Source: an uncultured Nitrososphaerales archaeon (lineage in GTDB: Archaea; Thermoproteota; Nitrososphaeria; Nitrososphaerales; Nitrososphaeraceae). From it: DNA of 64,000 nucleotides. Numbering within the stretch: the stretch's first letter is position 1; every line of letters begins with the position of its first letter. A program made the position numbers and the translations under genes. A model generated the notes under the pieces. That model had not been told where the DNA came from and searched no databases. It worked only from the letters and a program-made list of their open reading frames with translations. The stretch is taken from NCBI GenBank assembly GCA_963709405.1, contig CAVPXM010000055.1:256001-320000 (forward strand). Direction: 5' to 3'. This document shows positions 1 through 11,747 of this stretch, piece by piece.

Positions 1-524
1 ATATTGACGGCAACGGACAAGCTGCGGTCAAAACAGATCTCAATTTCCTTGATCATCTTGTTACGACAATAGTGAGGCATAGTATGATAAACCTCAACCT
101 CACCGCGAAATCTAACGATCAGATTATTCACCATGTTATTGAAGATACAGCTATTGCTCTTTCGCAAACCCTTGACAAAGCGCTTTCAGATCGAAGGAAT
201 ATTAAACGATTTGGATACGCGTCTATTGCGATGGATGATTCTCTTGCATTTGTCAGTATTGACCTTGTTAGGCGACAATTCCATAAGATTGAATTACATT
301 TAATGAATAACATGACAGAAGGAATTCAAAAGGAAGATCTGGAACACTTTGTGAGATCGTTAGTACAGAATTTGAATGCCTGCACTCACATTGAAGTTAG
401 ATATGGAGATAATGATCACCACAAAATAGAGGCGGCTTTAAAGGCGTTTGCCGTTGCTTTTCGGATGGCGGCTTCTATCGATCACCGGGCTACAGGCGTA
501 CCTAGTACCAAGGGTGAAATGTAA
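1..524 (+). CDS. hisB: Imidazoleglycerol-phosphate dehydratase (5'-truncated by window edge)
   Basis: HHVIED and NDHHKIEA metal motifs, C-terminal GVPSTKG; first gene of his cluster. Confidence 0.95.
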   Translation, partial: IDGNGQAAVKTDLNFLDHLVTTIVRHSMINLNLTAKSNDQIIHHVIEDTAIALSQTLDKALSDRRNIKRFGYASIAMDDSLAFVSIDLVRRQFHKIELHLMNNMTEGIQKEDLEHFVRSLVQNLNACTHIEVRYGDNDHHKIEAALKAFAVAFRMAASIDHRATGVPSTKGEM

Positions 525-525
525 A

Positions 526-1146
526 ATGCTTAGGATAGCAATATTTGACTACGGTGCAGGGAATTTGTACAGTCTAAAAGCAGCTGTCGAAAGAGTTGCC
601 GGTACTCAAGTATCAATAATAAATAATATGAAGAATATTCATAGGTACAACGGACTAATTCTACCGGGTGTCGGAAATTTTGATCCTGCGATCGTTTCAA
701 TTGGAGATGATAAGGAGTCGTTTACCAAAGCAGTAAGTGACAAGATCCCAATCCTTGGAATATGTCTCGGTATGGAAATGTTATTTAATAGGAGCGAAGA
801 GGGAAAACTTGACGGGTTGGGCATACTAGATGGTGAAGTTCTTATGCTGAATAGAGAGCTCACGAAGATCCCTCATATGGGATGGAATAACCTAAGTCTA
901 GTAAGAAACGGAGGTAAGCTTTTGAAAGGTATTCCAGATGGCTCATGGGTCTATTTTGTTCATTCTTACCGTGTATCGCCGCACAATATGGACTTGGTAA
1001 TCGCCAGTTCCGAATATGGAATCACTATACCTGCTGCAATAGAAATTGAAAATTTGTTTGGCACCCAATTTCACCCCGAAAAATCCGGAAAGACTGGGGG
1101 TACGATAATTAAGAATTTCTTGAGTATATGCAGTGAAAATTTATGA
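526..1146 (+). CDS. hisH: Imidazole glycerol phosphate synthase glutaminase subunit
   Basis: DYGAGNL, LPGVG, GICLGM, PHMGWN, YFVHSY, QFHPEKS; ATG at 526 just after hisB stop. Confidence 0.96.
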   Translation: MLRIAIFDYGAGNLYSLKAAVERVAGTQVSIINNMKNIHRYNGLILPGVGNFDPAIVSIGDDKESFTKAVSDKIPILGICLGMEMLFNRSEEGKLDGLGILDGEVLMLNRELTKIPHMGWNNLSLVRNGGKLLKGIPDGSWVYFVHSYRVSPHNMDLVIASSEYGITIPAAIEIENLFGTQFHPEKSGKTGGTIIKNFLSICSENL

Positions 1147-1853
1147 GAATAATTGCATCTATTGATCTTCTAGGAGGCAATGTTGTTAGGCTCATTAGAG
1201 GTAAAATAGAGGAAAGAATAATTTACAGCGATGACCCTGTCAGAATCGCAAAAAAATGGGAAGAACAAGGTGCAGATTCGTTGCATATTGTGGACCTTGA
1301 TTCAGCGTTACATACAGGTAATAACAACATCGACCTGATTTCAAATGTAGTTGATATCGTGCAAATTCCTGTTCAAATTGGTGGAGGTATCAGGTCTATA
1401 GATTCGATCAACGATATGCTAGCCAAAGGTGTTTCTAAAGTAGTCCTAGGTACAATCGCATTCAAGGATCCTAGTTCTTTAAAACGTCTGGCTAAAACAC
1501 TATCCTCTAGGATCATCATCTCAATAGATCAGTTTAATGGAATGATCATGATAGACGGTTGGAGAGAGACATCTGGCTATGATATCTCTCAAGGTATCAA
1601 TTTGTTTATGAATATGGGATTAAATGAATTTCTATTAACTAGCATCGATCGCGATGGAACGTTGGCTGGGCCAGATGTTGAAACCTTATCATCAGCTGCT
1701 GCCATAAAAGGAACTAATATTATCGCAAGTGGGGGCATATCTTCAATTGTAGATCTGATTAAAATCAGAAATACGGGGTGTTCATCGGCAATTCTAGGAC
1801 GTGCCATCTACGAAGAAAAATTTAACGTTTCTCAGGCAAAGGCGTTAGCATAA
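1143..1853 (+). CDS. hisA: ProFAR isomerase
   Basis: [39 protein letters not shown]; overlaps hisH stop. Confidence 0.96.
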   Translation: MRIIASIDLLGGNVVRLIRGKIEERIIYSDDPVRIAKKWEEQGADSLHIVDLDSALHTGNNNIDLISNVVDIVQIPVQIGGGIRSIDSINDMLAKGVSKVVLGTIAFKDPSSLKRLAKTLSSRIIISIDQFNGMIMIDGWRETSGYDISQGINLFMNMGLNEFLLTSIDRDGTLAGPDVETLSSAAAIKGTNIIASGGISSIVDLIKIRNTGCSSAILGRAIYEEKFNVSQAKALA

Positions 1854-1855
1854 GA

Positions 1856-2674
1856 ATGCCGCTATCTAAACGAATTATTCCATGTTTAGATGTCGACAAT
1901 GGTCTTGTGGTCAAAGGTGTACAGTTTTCAGACGTGAAAAGAGCGGGCGATCCCGTAAAATTGGCCGAAAAATATACAGAGCAAGGAGCAGATGAACTAG
2001 TATTTCTGGATATCACGGCATCTCAACAAGAAAGAGACATAATGAAGGCAGTAGTCAGAAATGTAGCTAGCGTAGTGAATATTCCATTTACGGTAGGAGG
2101 TGGGATACGAAACCTCCAGGATGGCAGAGATATCCTACGTAGCGGCGCAGATAAGGTTTCTATCAACACTGCCGCTGTAAAGAACCCATCTCTAGTAACA
2201 GAACTGATGGAGATCTTTGGAAAACAATGTGTAGTCGTTGCAATAGATGCAAAACTGAGGGACGGAAAGCATGAAATGAAGAGTGAGTTAGGAACGTTCG
2301 CATCTGATACACAACAGATGGATCGCAGATACGAAGTAATGATCTACGGAGGGAAACAGGAAACGCATATTGATGCTATCGAGTGGGCTAAGGAAGTAGA
2401 ACGTCTAGGAGCTGGAGAAATTCTATTAACAAGCGTTGATGCTGACGGTACTGAAAATGGTTATAGTATTGAATTGACAGGATTGATTTCAAATGCAGTT
2501 CGTATCCCAGTAATAGCTTCTGGAGGGTGTGGTAGCCCAGAACATATCCTTAAGCTATTCAAAGAAACTGACGCTGATGCAGCGTTGGCTGCATTGATTT
2601 TTCATTACGAGAAATACTCCGTAGATAAGGTGAAGTCATTCTTACGTGCAAACGGAATTACTGTCAGAATTTGA
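1856..2674 (+). CDS. hisF: Imidazole glycerol phosphate synthase cyclase subunit
   Basis: [44 protein letters not shown]. Confidence 0.97.
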   Translation: MPLSKRIIPCLDVDNGLVVKGVQFSDVKRAGDPVKLAEKYTEQGADELVFLDITASQQERDIMKAVVRNVASVVNIPFTVGGGIRNLQDGRDILRSGADKVSINTAAVKNPSLVTELMEIFGKQCVVVAIDAKLRDGKHEMKSELGTFASDTQQMDRRYEVMIYGGKQETHIDAIEWAKEVERLGAGEILLTSVDADGTENGYSIELTGLISNAVRIPVIASGGCGSPEHILKLFKETDADAALAALIFHYEKYSVDKVKSFLRANGITVRI

Positions 2675-3069
2675 CAGTCTAGTCCGTATGATAACGTAGT
2701 TACCGAGCAAATAGGTGATTTGTTTTACTCGTGAAAACCCATAAGAGGCCTAATTTGATTGAGTATGCAATATTTTATGTCGCACAGTAATCATGTTTCA
2801 TCATTGATTACTATGATTATTTTTTTGGTAGATTACCTGTTTTTCATACTCTGGTTTTCTGTTAATGGCTCTTGAATAAGATGAGTCTATCAAATCGATC
2901 GATCCGTAGACATGCTATAACTCAATTCTAGAATATTGTATTATATTGTGTTCCGCAAATTTAATCATATCAGGAATAATGATAAACTCAGGATTCAATA
3001 GAATCCTTCACTGCGTTACATTTTCCTTTGAATTATCGGTACATACTGAACACCAATATAAGTAGTCAA

Positions 3070-3169
3070 GGCTAGGAGTTAGAACCATACAGGGGAGCGG
3101 ATCACATCCAAGACTAAAGCCGACATAACACGATCATCAGCCTGCATAGCAAAGCTCCTAGAGGCGGCC
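3070..3169 (-). ncRNA. Candidate rod-like structured small RNA (copy A of a two-copy family)
   Basis: Nested stems CUAGGAG/CUCCUAG, GCUAUGCAGG/CCUGUAUGGU, GAUCGUGUU/GAUGUGAUC; G-U pairs form only on the minus strand; TTTTAAAA box at 3194-3187; 20/24 nt match to 29304-29327. Confidence 0.55.
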
Positions 3170-3363
3170 AATTAATGTCTGGAATATTTTAAAAGCTAAT
3201 ATTCTCTTTTTTTCGTGTTATTGCTGAAACCAACGTTCACTTAAAAGCCGATTAGTCTCCTACTAAGTTAGAAAGATGTTATACCGAATCATCGTTCGTT
3301 GTCTTATCAAGAGTTAAATTACCTGCAGAATACATGAGTTGAATATAAACGGTGCTATAAAAA

Positions 3364-4706
3364 TTGAGCGAAACAATTGAAGAAGTAGAACTGGATCAAT
3401 GGAGAAGAACCCATTTATCGTCTGATATTCGATTCTGTTCTGAGAATGATGATGTGATAATAATGGGTTGGATTTCAAGTATTCGCGATCACGGCAATTT
3501 GCATTTTATTATGGTAAGAGACAGAATCGGTGAGACTCAAGTTGTTGCTAAAAAAGGAGAATGTCCAGATTTAGTTTTCAGCCAGATACGGTATTTAAAA
3601 GAACATACATCTTTGGCAATTAAGGGAAGGATAAAGTATCAATCAAAATCTCCAAGTGGAGTGGAGGTAGTACCTCTTGAAATAAGGGTTTTTTCACTCG
3701 TAACAACTGCTGCTCCTTTTATGATCCAAGGAAACAGAAGTTCGATAGGCATCGACACGCGATTAGATCTGAGGGCTGTAGACCTACGCCGTAAAATTCT
3801 ACAGAGTATCTTCCGCATTCGTTATACTTCGTTAAATTCGGTAAGAGAATTTCTCGCAAAAGAAGGATTTTTGGAAGTAAACACCCCTAAAATGATCGCG
3901 ACCGCAACTGAGGGTGGTGCTGCGTCTCTTCCCGATTTTCTACTACGACAGAGAAGCCTTTTTGGCCCAGAGCCCTCAATTGTACAAAGAACAGCTTACA
4001 ATGTCCTTCGAAAACGTATATGAAATTGGTCCAATCTTTAGAGCAGAGCCTTCACGAACAAACCGACACCTTTCAGAGGCGATTTCAATTGATGTTGAGA
4101 TGGCATTTTCAGACTATCATGATGCTATGCAGTTACTTGAAAAAATGATATCTCACATCGTTAATGCAATTAAAACTAAGAATAAAGATGAAATAGAATC
4201 GTCCGACCTTGTGCTACCAGATATTGACGTCCCTTTACCAAAATATTCATATGATGAAATCCTAGAATCTCTAAATGTCAATGATGGTAAGATCAGATGG
4301 GGCGACGACCTTTCGCCCCAAGCACTAAAATCTGTAGCATCAAGATTGGATCTGAACAATTACTATTTCATTACCGACTGGCCTGCATCTATAAAACCAT
4401 TTTATGTCAAGCCGGATTCAAAAAATGAAGCAAAATCCGAATCTTTTGATCTTATGTTTGGACCTCTGGAAGATCTCCTCAGGTAGCACAAGAATAAATA
4501 GGAAGACCGAATTGGTAAATAGAATGCGAAGACAAGGTCTGAATATTCAAAAATTTGACTATCATTTAAAAGCGTTTGACTACGGCGTTCCTCCTCACTC
4601 AGGCTTTGGAGTTGGATTAGAGCGTTTCCTCATGTCTATAACAAAATTGGAGAATATACGTGATGCTTCTCTGTATCCGCGCGACATAGACAGGCTGACA
4701 CCTTAG
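3364..4706 (+). CDS. aspS: Aspartyl-tRNA synthetase, probably non-discriminating; two +1 frameshifts (~3925, ~4470), likely read errors
   Basis: OB-fold, [18 protein letters not shown] motif 2, [12 protein letters not shown] motif 3, YPRD; ORF pieces 3364-4023, 3914-4486, 4404-4706; directly upstream of gatCAB. Confidence 0.93.
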
Positions 4707-4733
4707 CAGATTTGGATTATTAATTGATAAGAT

Positions 4734-5006
4734 ATGGTAACTGTTGAACACGTGAGACATCTTGCATGGCTTTCTAGACTAAACCTGACCGATAATGAGC
4801 TAGAAAAATATTATCACGAAATTGAGAAAATAATAGAATATTTGGATAAACTCGATGGTATCTCCCTAACTGAAATCGAACCAAGGTATAATGAAAAAAG
4901 TGTATCAGAATTTAGAAATGATATCGTCTACGATACCCAAACAGAATTATCAAAGCTCACCAAGAACCTAAAGGATGGATATGTGAAGGGTCCTAGGATG
5001 AGATAA
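4734..5006 (+). CDS. gatC: Asp/Glu-tRNA amidotransferase subunit C
   Basis: [18 protein letters not shown]; position between aspS and gatA. Confidence 0.9.
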   Translation: MVTVEHVRHLAWLSRLNLTDNELEKYYHEIEKIIEYLDKLDGISLTEIEPRYNEKSVSEFRNDIVYDTQTELSKLTKNLKDGYVKGPRMR

Positions 5007-5007
5007 T

Positions 5008-6460
5008 ATGAACAAGTTATGTACTCTATCTGCAGAAGAGATTACCTGCGGGATAAGAAATCAAGATTTTACAATAGAGGATTACATAATTCAACTTCTC
5101 GAACGAATAAAAGACATTGATGATGTAATAAGGTCATATATTACCATAAATGATAAAGATGCCCTCAGGACTGCGCAGAAGTTAGATAGAAAGGTAAAAA
5201 ACCAAGAAAGTCTGGGGCCCCTAGCTGGAATAGCTATTGGAGTCAAGGACAACATATGTACTAAGGGTATCAGGACGACATGTGCATCTAAATTGCTACA
5301 GGACTACAGTCCGCCTTACGACGCTACGGTCATTCATCGGCTGAAGCAATGCGATGCAATTATCATAGGAAAAGTAAACTTGGATGAATTTGCTATGGGT
5401 TCTACGACCGAATTTGGGAGCTGATGGACCTACGTATAATCCTTGGAATAGGGATTGTGTGGTAGGTGGATCTTCAGGAGGTAGTGGAGCTAGCGTTGCA
5501 GCATCAGAGTGCACAGTTTCACTGGGCTCAGATACTGGCGGTTCTATTAGGTGCCCTGCAAGCTTTTGTTCTGTAGTAGGATTTAAACCGACTTATGGTC
5601 TAGTTAGCAGGTTTGGTCTTATTTCTTACGCGAACAGCTTGGAACAGATAGGACCACTCGGCAGAACCGTTTCTGATGTAGTAATGGTTATGAACGCCAT
5701 AGCGGGCTTCGATGAAAATGATAATACGACAGTCTCTGAAAATCGAGCTAGATTTGAACTCGCCTCTCATGTCAAAAGGCCGGTTCGTATAGGACTAATA
5801 AAAGAATTAGTAAATGGAGTGGATCCAGCTATTTCTAAACTTGTGTATTCTTCTGTGGACCAATTGTCTGCAGCAGATTGTATCTGTGAGGAAGTTTCTT
5901 TGAAATCTGTGGATTATGCGCTTGCTTCATATTACACAATTGCGATGGCTGAGGCGAGCAGCAATTTAGCTAGATATGATAACTTAAGATATGGATTTGA
6001 TTCCAATCCTGAAGGTTATGAATGGAACTCCTATTTTTCGAAAATTCGAAATAATTTCGGAGAAGAGGTAAAGAGAAGAATAATGATCGGATCTCATGTC
6101 CTACTCTCAGGCTATTCTGCAAGATATTATCTTAAAGCACAAAAAGTCAGGTCCATTTTAAGGCGGGAAATTAAGGAATTATATAAACATGTCGACGTCT
6201 TGATCTCTCCTACGATGCCTGTACTGCCATTTAAGATCGGAGAAACTATAGATGACCCGATTAAAAGATATCTTATGGACGTAAATACGGTCATTGCGAA
6301 TCTCGCCGGGACCCCTGCAATATCCTTGCCGGCCGGATTTAGTGATGGCCTCCCTATAGGTTTGCAATTGATGACCGATGAAATGCAAGAACAATTGCTC
6401 TTTGATGTTTCAAAGTTGTACGAAGGCATTGCAGGTATTAGCAGGAGGCCTGATATATGA
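5008..6460 (+). CDS. gatA: Amidotransferase subunit A; one +1 frameshift near 5417
   Basis: [34 protein letters not shown] amidase signature, SSNLARYD. Confidence 0.94.
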
Positions 6461-7900
6461 TGGCTAAACAAGTACGAATAGGTATTGAAATACACTGTCA
6501 ATTAACTGGACTTAACACCAAGCTGTTTTGCAAATGCAAAGGTGACTATCGCAACGATCCTCCAAATAGAAACATTTGTCCGATCTGCTCTGGGCAACCT
6601 GGAAGCCTACCACTCTTAAACAGTAAAGCAGTAGATTATGCATGTATGATAGCATTTGCTTTGAGTTGTATAATCCCTCCTAGAATGGCATTCTATCGTA
6701 AGAACTATTTTTACCCTGATCTTCCTAAAAACTATCAAATTACACAGTATGACTCCGGCGGAGTGGGTAGTCTAGGTTCGAAGGGGAAGCTTGAATATGG
6801 AAAAAATACCGCAAGAGTTCGCAGGATTCAGTTAGAGGAGGATCCCGGTAGGTTAGTATATGAGGGGAATGACATGGACACGAGCTCATATACCCTGATA
6901 GACTATAATCGGGCAGGAACTGCACTTGTGGAGATCGTCACCGAACCCGATTTTAAAAGCGCGGCTGAAGTCAGGGCCTTCTTGAATAAGTTGACGTCGA
7001 TTTTGGAGCATTTAGGAGTCTGCAACACTAAATTGGAGGGATCAGTAAGATGTGATGCGAATATTTCCATATCAGATGGGAAAAGAGTAGAAATCAAGAA
7101 TGTGGGATCGTTCAGAGAAGTTGAGAAAGCATTAAACTTCGAGATTACAAGACAAGAGTCACTTTCGTCACACAATATAGAAATAAAGTCAGAAACGCGA
7201 CATTGGGATAGCGAAAGAAAGGTAACTAAGCAATCAAGAACTAAGGAAGAGGAGCAAGATTACAGATATTTTCTCGAACCAGACATACCGATAGTTCTCC
7301 TATCTGAAAAATATTTGTCATCAATACAACAAAAAATGCCGGAATTGCCAGACAGTAGAAAAAGCCGATTTATTATAGACTTTCACCTTTCTGATCATGT
7401 TTCCCAAGTATTGATTAATAACAAAGAGATGGCAGACTTCTTTGAAGCCGCCACGAAGATATATTCATCTCCCAAGGAAATTGCGAATTGGTTGGTGTCT
7501 GACTTGATGGGTTTCATTGGAAATTCAAAGACTGATGAAGCTATTTCTGGAGGATTCAAAATCGAACCAAAACATATTGCTGATTTAGCAAGACTCGTTG
7601 ATGAGAATGCAATTAGTAGACATACTGCAAAATCGATGTTGAGTCGAATCATGGTAACAGGTGAGATGCCTTCTACGATAGCACACCAGGCAGATTTCTC
7701 AAAGATAGACAATAAGGAGATACTGTTAAGGGCCGTAGAAGCTACATTCGAATCAGAAAAAGCTGCGGTTACTGACGCTAATGTCAACCCCAGTGTGGTT
7801 AACTTTCTGCTTGGAAAAGTTTTAGGACTTACCAAAGGAAGGGCCGATCCACAGCTGAGCTTTGGCCTTAATTAAAAGCAAGCTAACGGATAGAAAGTAG
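6457..7900 (+). CDS. gatB: Amidotransferase subunit B; +1 frameshift near 7857 (corrected end ...ALIKSKLTDRK*)
   Basis: IGIEIHCQL, RKNYFYPDLPKNYQITQY, DYNRAG, RCDANIS, DYRYF. Confidence 0.95.
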
Positions 7901-8089
7901 TAGGTTAGCATTATTCGTATTTGGTTTCAGATAACTAACCCTCGTCTACGCAAGCTAGGGACAAATGAATGAAACGTTTACTTAATTCACTCTTAAAGTA
8001 TGTTCTCTGTAACTCATTGAATATTTATTGGTGTCCGGACTTAGGTATCAGACTTTAAATACGGATAATCAATGCCGCAGACAGAAAGT

Positions 8090-8587
8090 CTATTCTGGGT
8101 CATGGGAAGCAAACAATCTCCGTGTCCCTAGATAGTCTGCAGTCACACGCCTATGACAGCTTTTACATACAGTCCTTAGGTTGTCATGGCTGTGCAAGAA
8201 CTCAAGCACGGCTCGAACCCTATTTTCAAACGTATCATAAGTATAGCCATACTTGGTACCCAAAGACCTTGGCACTATATGATCGCATTCCAATCTCCTC
8301 GATCGAACGAATCTTCTATATCTATATTGATATTTATGTTTACATATCTGACACGTGTAGTCGTCGCGCCTAAATATATCAGATCTCACACGATCCCAAT
8401 AAAATTTATGATAGTACCAACTTTTGAATTTCGTGCTGCATTTTTTTGAACAATATTTTCTATAAGGAGGCTTTGGATAGTTTAAACATGATGTATTTCG
8501 GCACAGCATCTTACCATCAAAATCGTATCTATCAAATTCTCCGATGTAGACTATGATCTTAGAATTTTTATTGGCTACGGTAGTCAT
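8090..8587 (-). CDS. HNH endonuclease family protein with N-terminal Cys cluster
   Basis: RDDYTCQIC...LECDHIVP...NLRTVCKSCH motif; extra CxxxxC..CxxxC at the N-terminus. Confidence 0.85.
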   Translation of the reverse strand: MTTVANKNSKIIVYIGEFDRYDFDGKMLCRNTSCLNYPKPPYRKYCSKKCSTKFKSWYYHKFYWDRVRSDIFRRDDYTCQICKHKYQYRYRRFVRSRRLECDHIVPRSLGTKYGYTYDTFENRVRAVLEFLHSHDNLRTVCKSCHRRVTADYLGTRRLFASHDPE

Positions 8588-9260
8588 ATAACAGTATTAC
8601 GATAGGTCATGTAATACAAATATAGATACTTACCTCCGAAAATGCTCGTGGCTCCACAGAGATAAGTTAGATTATGACAACTATAATAAAAGATGAGTTC
8701 CTCTTACTAAACGAGGGCGGTTCAACCGTAAATAGTTTAGTGCAAATCAAAAATGTTATTGGTTCCAGGAATTTTAAAAAGGATTTGTGATTAATTGCTA
8801 CTAATATTCCTACGGGCCCACCTTAACCAGTCACCATTTTATTACAGATATTATATTATATGTCATGATCACGATTTCAAGATCCTCAAATCCGCAACTT
8901 GAGTGAATCCAGATCCAAATTATCTTTAGTGACCGCTATCCGTTCCAAAGATTGTCTTATTGATTCGTCATCTATTTAGTGAAGAAATCATCCCCACAGC
9001 ATTCAATCTTTACAACTTTCTCACATGTGTAGTAGATTAATAGAAGATGCAAGATAATATTCCCCGTATTCCCAAAACTACTGAAATATGCCGTCATTTA
9101 TTTAAATTGTTTTATGCATTAATCAACGCCGCTAAAATAGACCTTCCTCACGAGCGACAAACTACGGTTTGAGAAGCTTAGAAGAAATCGTGAAAAAATA
9201 AGGCAATGAGAAGATTTGTCTCGCAGTGGCCTATGGTGCTGAGTTCTATATTGAACGAAA

Positions 9261-9704
9261 TTAGGTTCGATACTTTGATTTGATTTTAGAAGCGGCTTCC
9301 TTCAAGGTTTCGGTTGTATTTGGAGCGGAATCACTTGCTTGCCTAGCAACATCTCTTACAACATCAACGGTTTCCCGAGCGGCATTGGTTGTCTCTTCTA
9401 TTGCACTAGCAGTCCTTACTATAATACCGTTTTCCTTCAATTCCTTGGTAGCAGTATTAACCTCTCTTGTTACCTCTCTCGCAGCTATCGTTGCTTCATG
9501 TACTGCTTGGGTTAATTCATTAATAGCGCCACTCTGACGAAGGATTCGCACTGTATCTCGTATTCTACTAGATGCGTCCTTGATATTTTTAGCAATATTC
9601 TTTATGGATTCAATTGTTCTTTGAGTGTCGGGGTCGATCACTGAATCCTTTGAATCCATGGATGGAGGCTTGTCAGCCGTCTCAATATCTCTAGTTGATG
9701 GCAT
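9261..9704 (-). CDS. Hypothetical amphipathic-helical protein (apolipoprotein/LEA/phasin-like)
   Basis: 147 aa ORF rich in A/T/E/K with repeating helical pattern; TATA-like upstream. Confidence 0.7.
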   Translation of the reverse strand: MPSTRDIETADKPPSMDSKDSVIDPDTQRTIESIKNIAKNIKDASSRIRDTVRILRQSGAINELTQAVHEATIAAREVTREVNTATKELKENGIIVRTASAIEETTNAARETVDVVRDVARQASDSAPNTTETLKEAASKIKSKYRT

Positions 9705-10659
9705 TGCATATTATATAACATAATAGTATAAAAGCAATAAAAATGTCTTATTGGAAGATTGCGGGAGGTGTGCTCATTAGTTGTTAATTTGCTTGAAATT
9801 ATGCCAAACTTCTTATGATTTACAGGGCTGAGTATACTTGACAGATTTATTTGAGTTCGAAGTAAAAATTATTCAAATCGTGGCGAGCGAGCATATAACA
9901 ACCAGTCTTTTATATCTCACATCTGTTCCAACTATCCAAATTGTAATATCCAAATGGATCTAATCTATAATATTGAATGTGACTATTCATCTGGTCTAGC
10001 ATTCCGTATGGCAACATTGTGTTTAAAGAGATCGGCTGTACTGCTCAAGTATTGCACAAAATAAACAGTAATAACATAAAATCTCGTTTCCATCCATTTT
10101 TTCAGCCTCTGGCATCTCAATTGCCATCAGCGATATATTTGATTGAAGCCGACGGACGGGATAGAGCGCGTGACCTGGCACTAGGACCGAATTCGCCAGT
10201 TCGACGATGTTAGATTAATCTTGAAACTCACGAGACGCAGCTAGGACAACAAAAAGAAATTGTGCATATTGCGGGGGAAGTTTATATAATATCTGGACGT
10301 AAACCTGGTTTCATATGCAGGGGTTCAACAGTGTCTTTTCATGGCTACAACGCCATGATACCGCATAATTTATAGATGCAAATAGGCCGAAATAAAATTC
10401 TCTCGCACTAACATTCTCATCATATCTATTAGTTCATTGCATATTGCTAAATCGCTACTTGAAAACGCGGTTTTGTGACAATCAAAGTAGCAGCTACCCA
10501 AGTATTTGATGTAATCCCCATAGCACTTGTTGATGCTAACGATTTATTATAGCGTTTTTATTTTACCATAGGTTCAACGCATTTGTTCGAACCAAGAGCG
10601 ATTTAAGACCAAAAAGAGCAAGGGCAATCGAGATGTGATATCAAAAATATTTGGATTAA

Positions 10660-11301
10660 CTACGTAGATCGAACATTATTTCTTATGTCATGTACGATCC
10701 TCTTAAGATCGTGAACTTCTTTCAAGATAGAGTCGAATTCATCCCTTGTGGGAAGGTTCAACATTTTAAGATTTCTTTCTACCAATGTATCTTGCATTAG
10801 TTTGACTAACTCGGATTGATTAATGAATAGTCTATTCCAGAGGAGAGCGAATTCTTTAGATTCGAAAAGCCGAGTAAAGCATTCCTCAAATGCATCAATA
10901 ACTACCTTTCTAAATTCTTCAAAATCTTCCTTATTCTTATACTGCCTCTTAGGCGATCTATCGTAGACTAGACTGATAGCATCTAAACTAGCTTTGTTTG
11001 TTTGCATGAGGTATTCGTTGACGTCTCCCTGTAATATGGTGCTTATTTCCGCTATCTTCAGAATATCCTCGAATCCCAAATAGAAACCTTGAGTGAACGC
11101 ATGAAATGGACCAACGGCTGGAGTTTTTAAAATTTCCAACCATCCTTGATATGCCTTTGTTAAAGTTTGGTTTTCAGTCTCAATTTGATTTCTATCTTTG
11201 TCGTTCACTTCGTCAAGATTCATAATAAGGTCCTCTCGTACAACCCCACTTTTATTTTCAACGTCCTCTTGACCATTTAGATCGGACCTGCTAACATTCA
11301 T
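10660..11301 (-). CDS. phaE: Class III PHA synthase subunit PhaE
   Basis: PAVGP motif and C-terminal LNLPTRDEFDSILKEVHDLKR coiled coil typical of PhaE. Confidence 0.8.
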   Translation of the reverse strand: MNVSRSDLNGQEDVENKSGVVREDLIMNLDEVNDKDRNQIETENQTLTKAYQGWLEILKTPAVGPFHAFTQGFYLGFEDILKIAEISTILQGDVNEYLMQTNKASLDAISLVYDRSPKRQYKNKEDFEEFRKVVIDAFEECFTRLFESKEFALLWNRLFINQSELVKLMQDTLVERNLKMLNLPTRDEFDSILKEVHDLKRIVHDIRNNVRST

Positions 11302-11700
11302 AGCATTCTTGATGGCTTATCTATTAAATGTGTTTCAGTAGGCCGGCTGCTACCTGCTATCGACATTCACAATTCAAGATTATTGGTCCGACTTCGTAAG
11401 ATGATTTATACGCTAAAGCCAGATAATGTTTCAAAGCAGTGCAAGATTGAAAATCGACCATATTGATGATATACCTACAGATAGTATAATGTTGGCGATT
11501 ACACCTGTAAACCCTAAGGAATTATCGTGAGAGTTTTTTAAAAAAATGGAGTCATCTCAAATTTACCTCTTGGTATTCGACGTCGATATTTTCATCTTTA
11601 CCAACGGATAGAAGATGTGATTTTTGGTTCAAAATTGGTTAATGAACAGGCACCAGGATCTGAAGTTAATTAGTCTCAAATTGTAACGCTTAAGGAAATC

Positions 11701-11747
11701 AAGCCCCAGAGTAGCCCAGAGGCAGCCAGAGTAACTTAGAGTGACTC
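11701..11747. repeat. Degenerate 10-bp tandem repeat
   Basis: AAGCCCCAGA GTAGCCCAGA GGCAGCCAGA GTAACTTAGA GTGACTC. Confidence 0.4.

Noticed and set aside
3085-3147. Hammerhead ribozyme or fluoride riboswitch, suggested by CUGAUGA between two stems
   Set aside because: No GAAA or stem III/UH after stem II, and no GGCGAUGG-type 5' element of the crcB motif.
3364-7900. Programmed frameshifting or pseudogenisation of aspS, gatA and gatB
   Set aside because: Essential genes, no slippery sites, and the same +1 insertion pattern throughout the window.
10148-10210. tRNA-like words (GGATAGAGCG ... GTTCGAC)
   Set aside because: No acceptor, anticodon or T stems can be paired.
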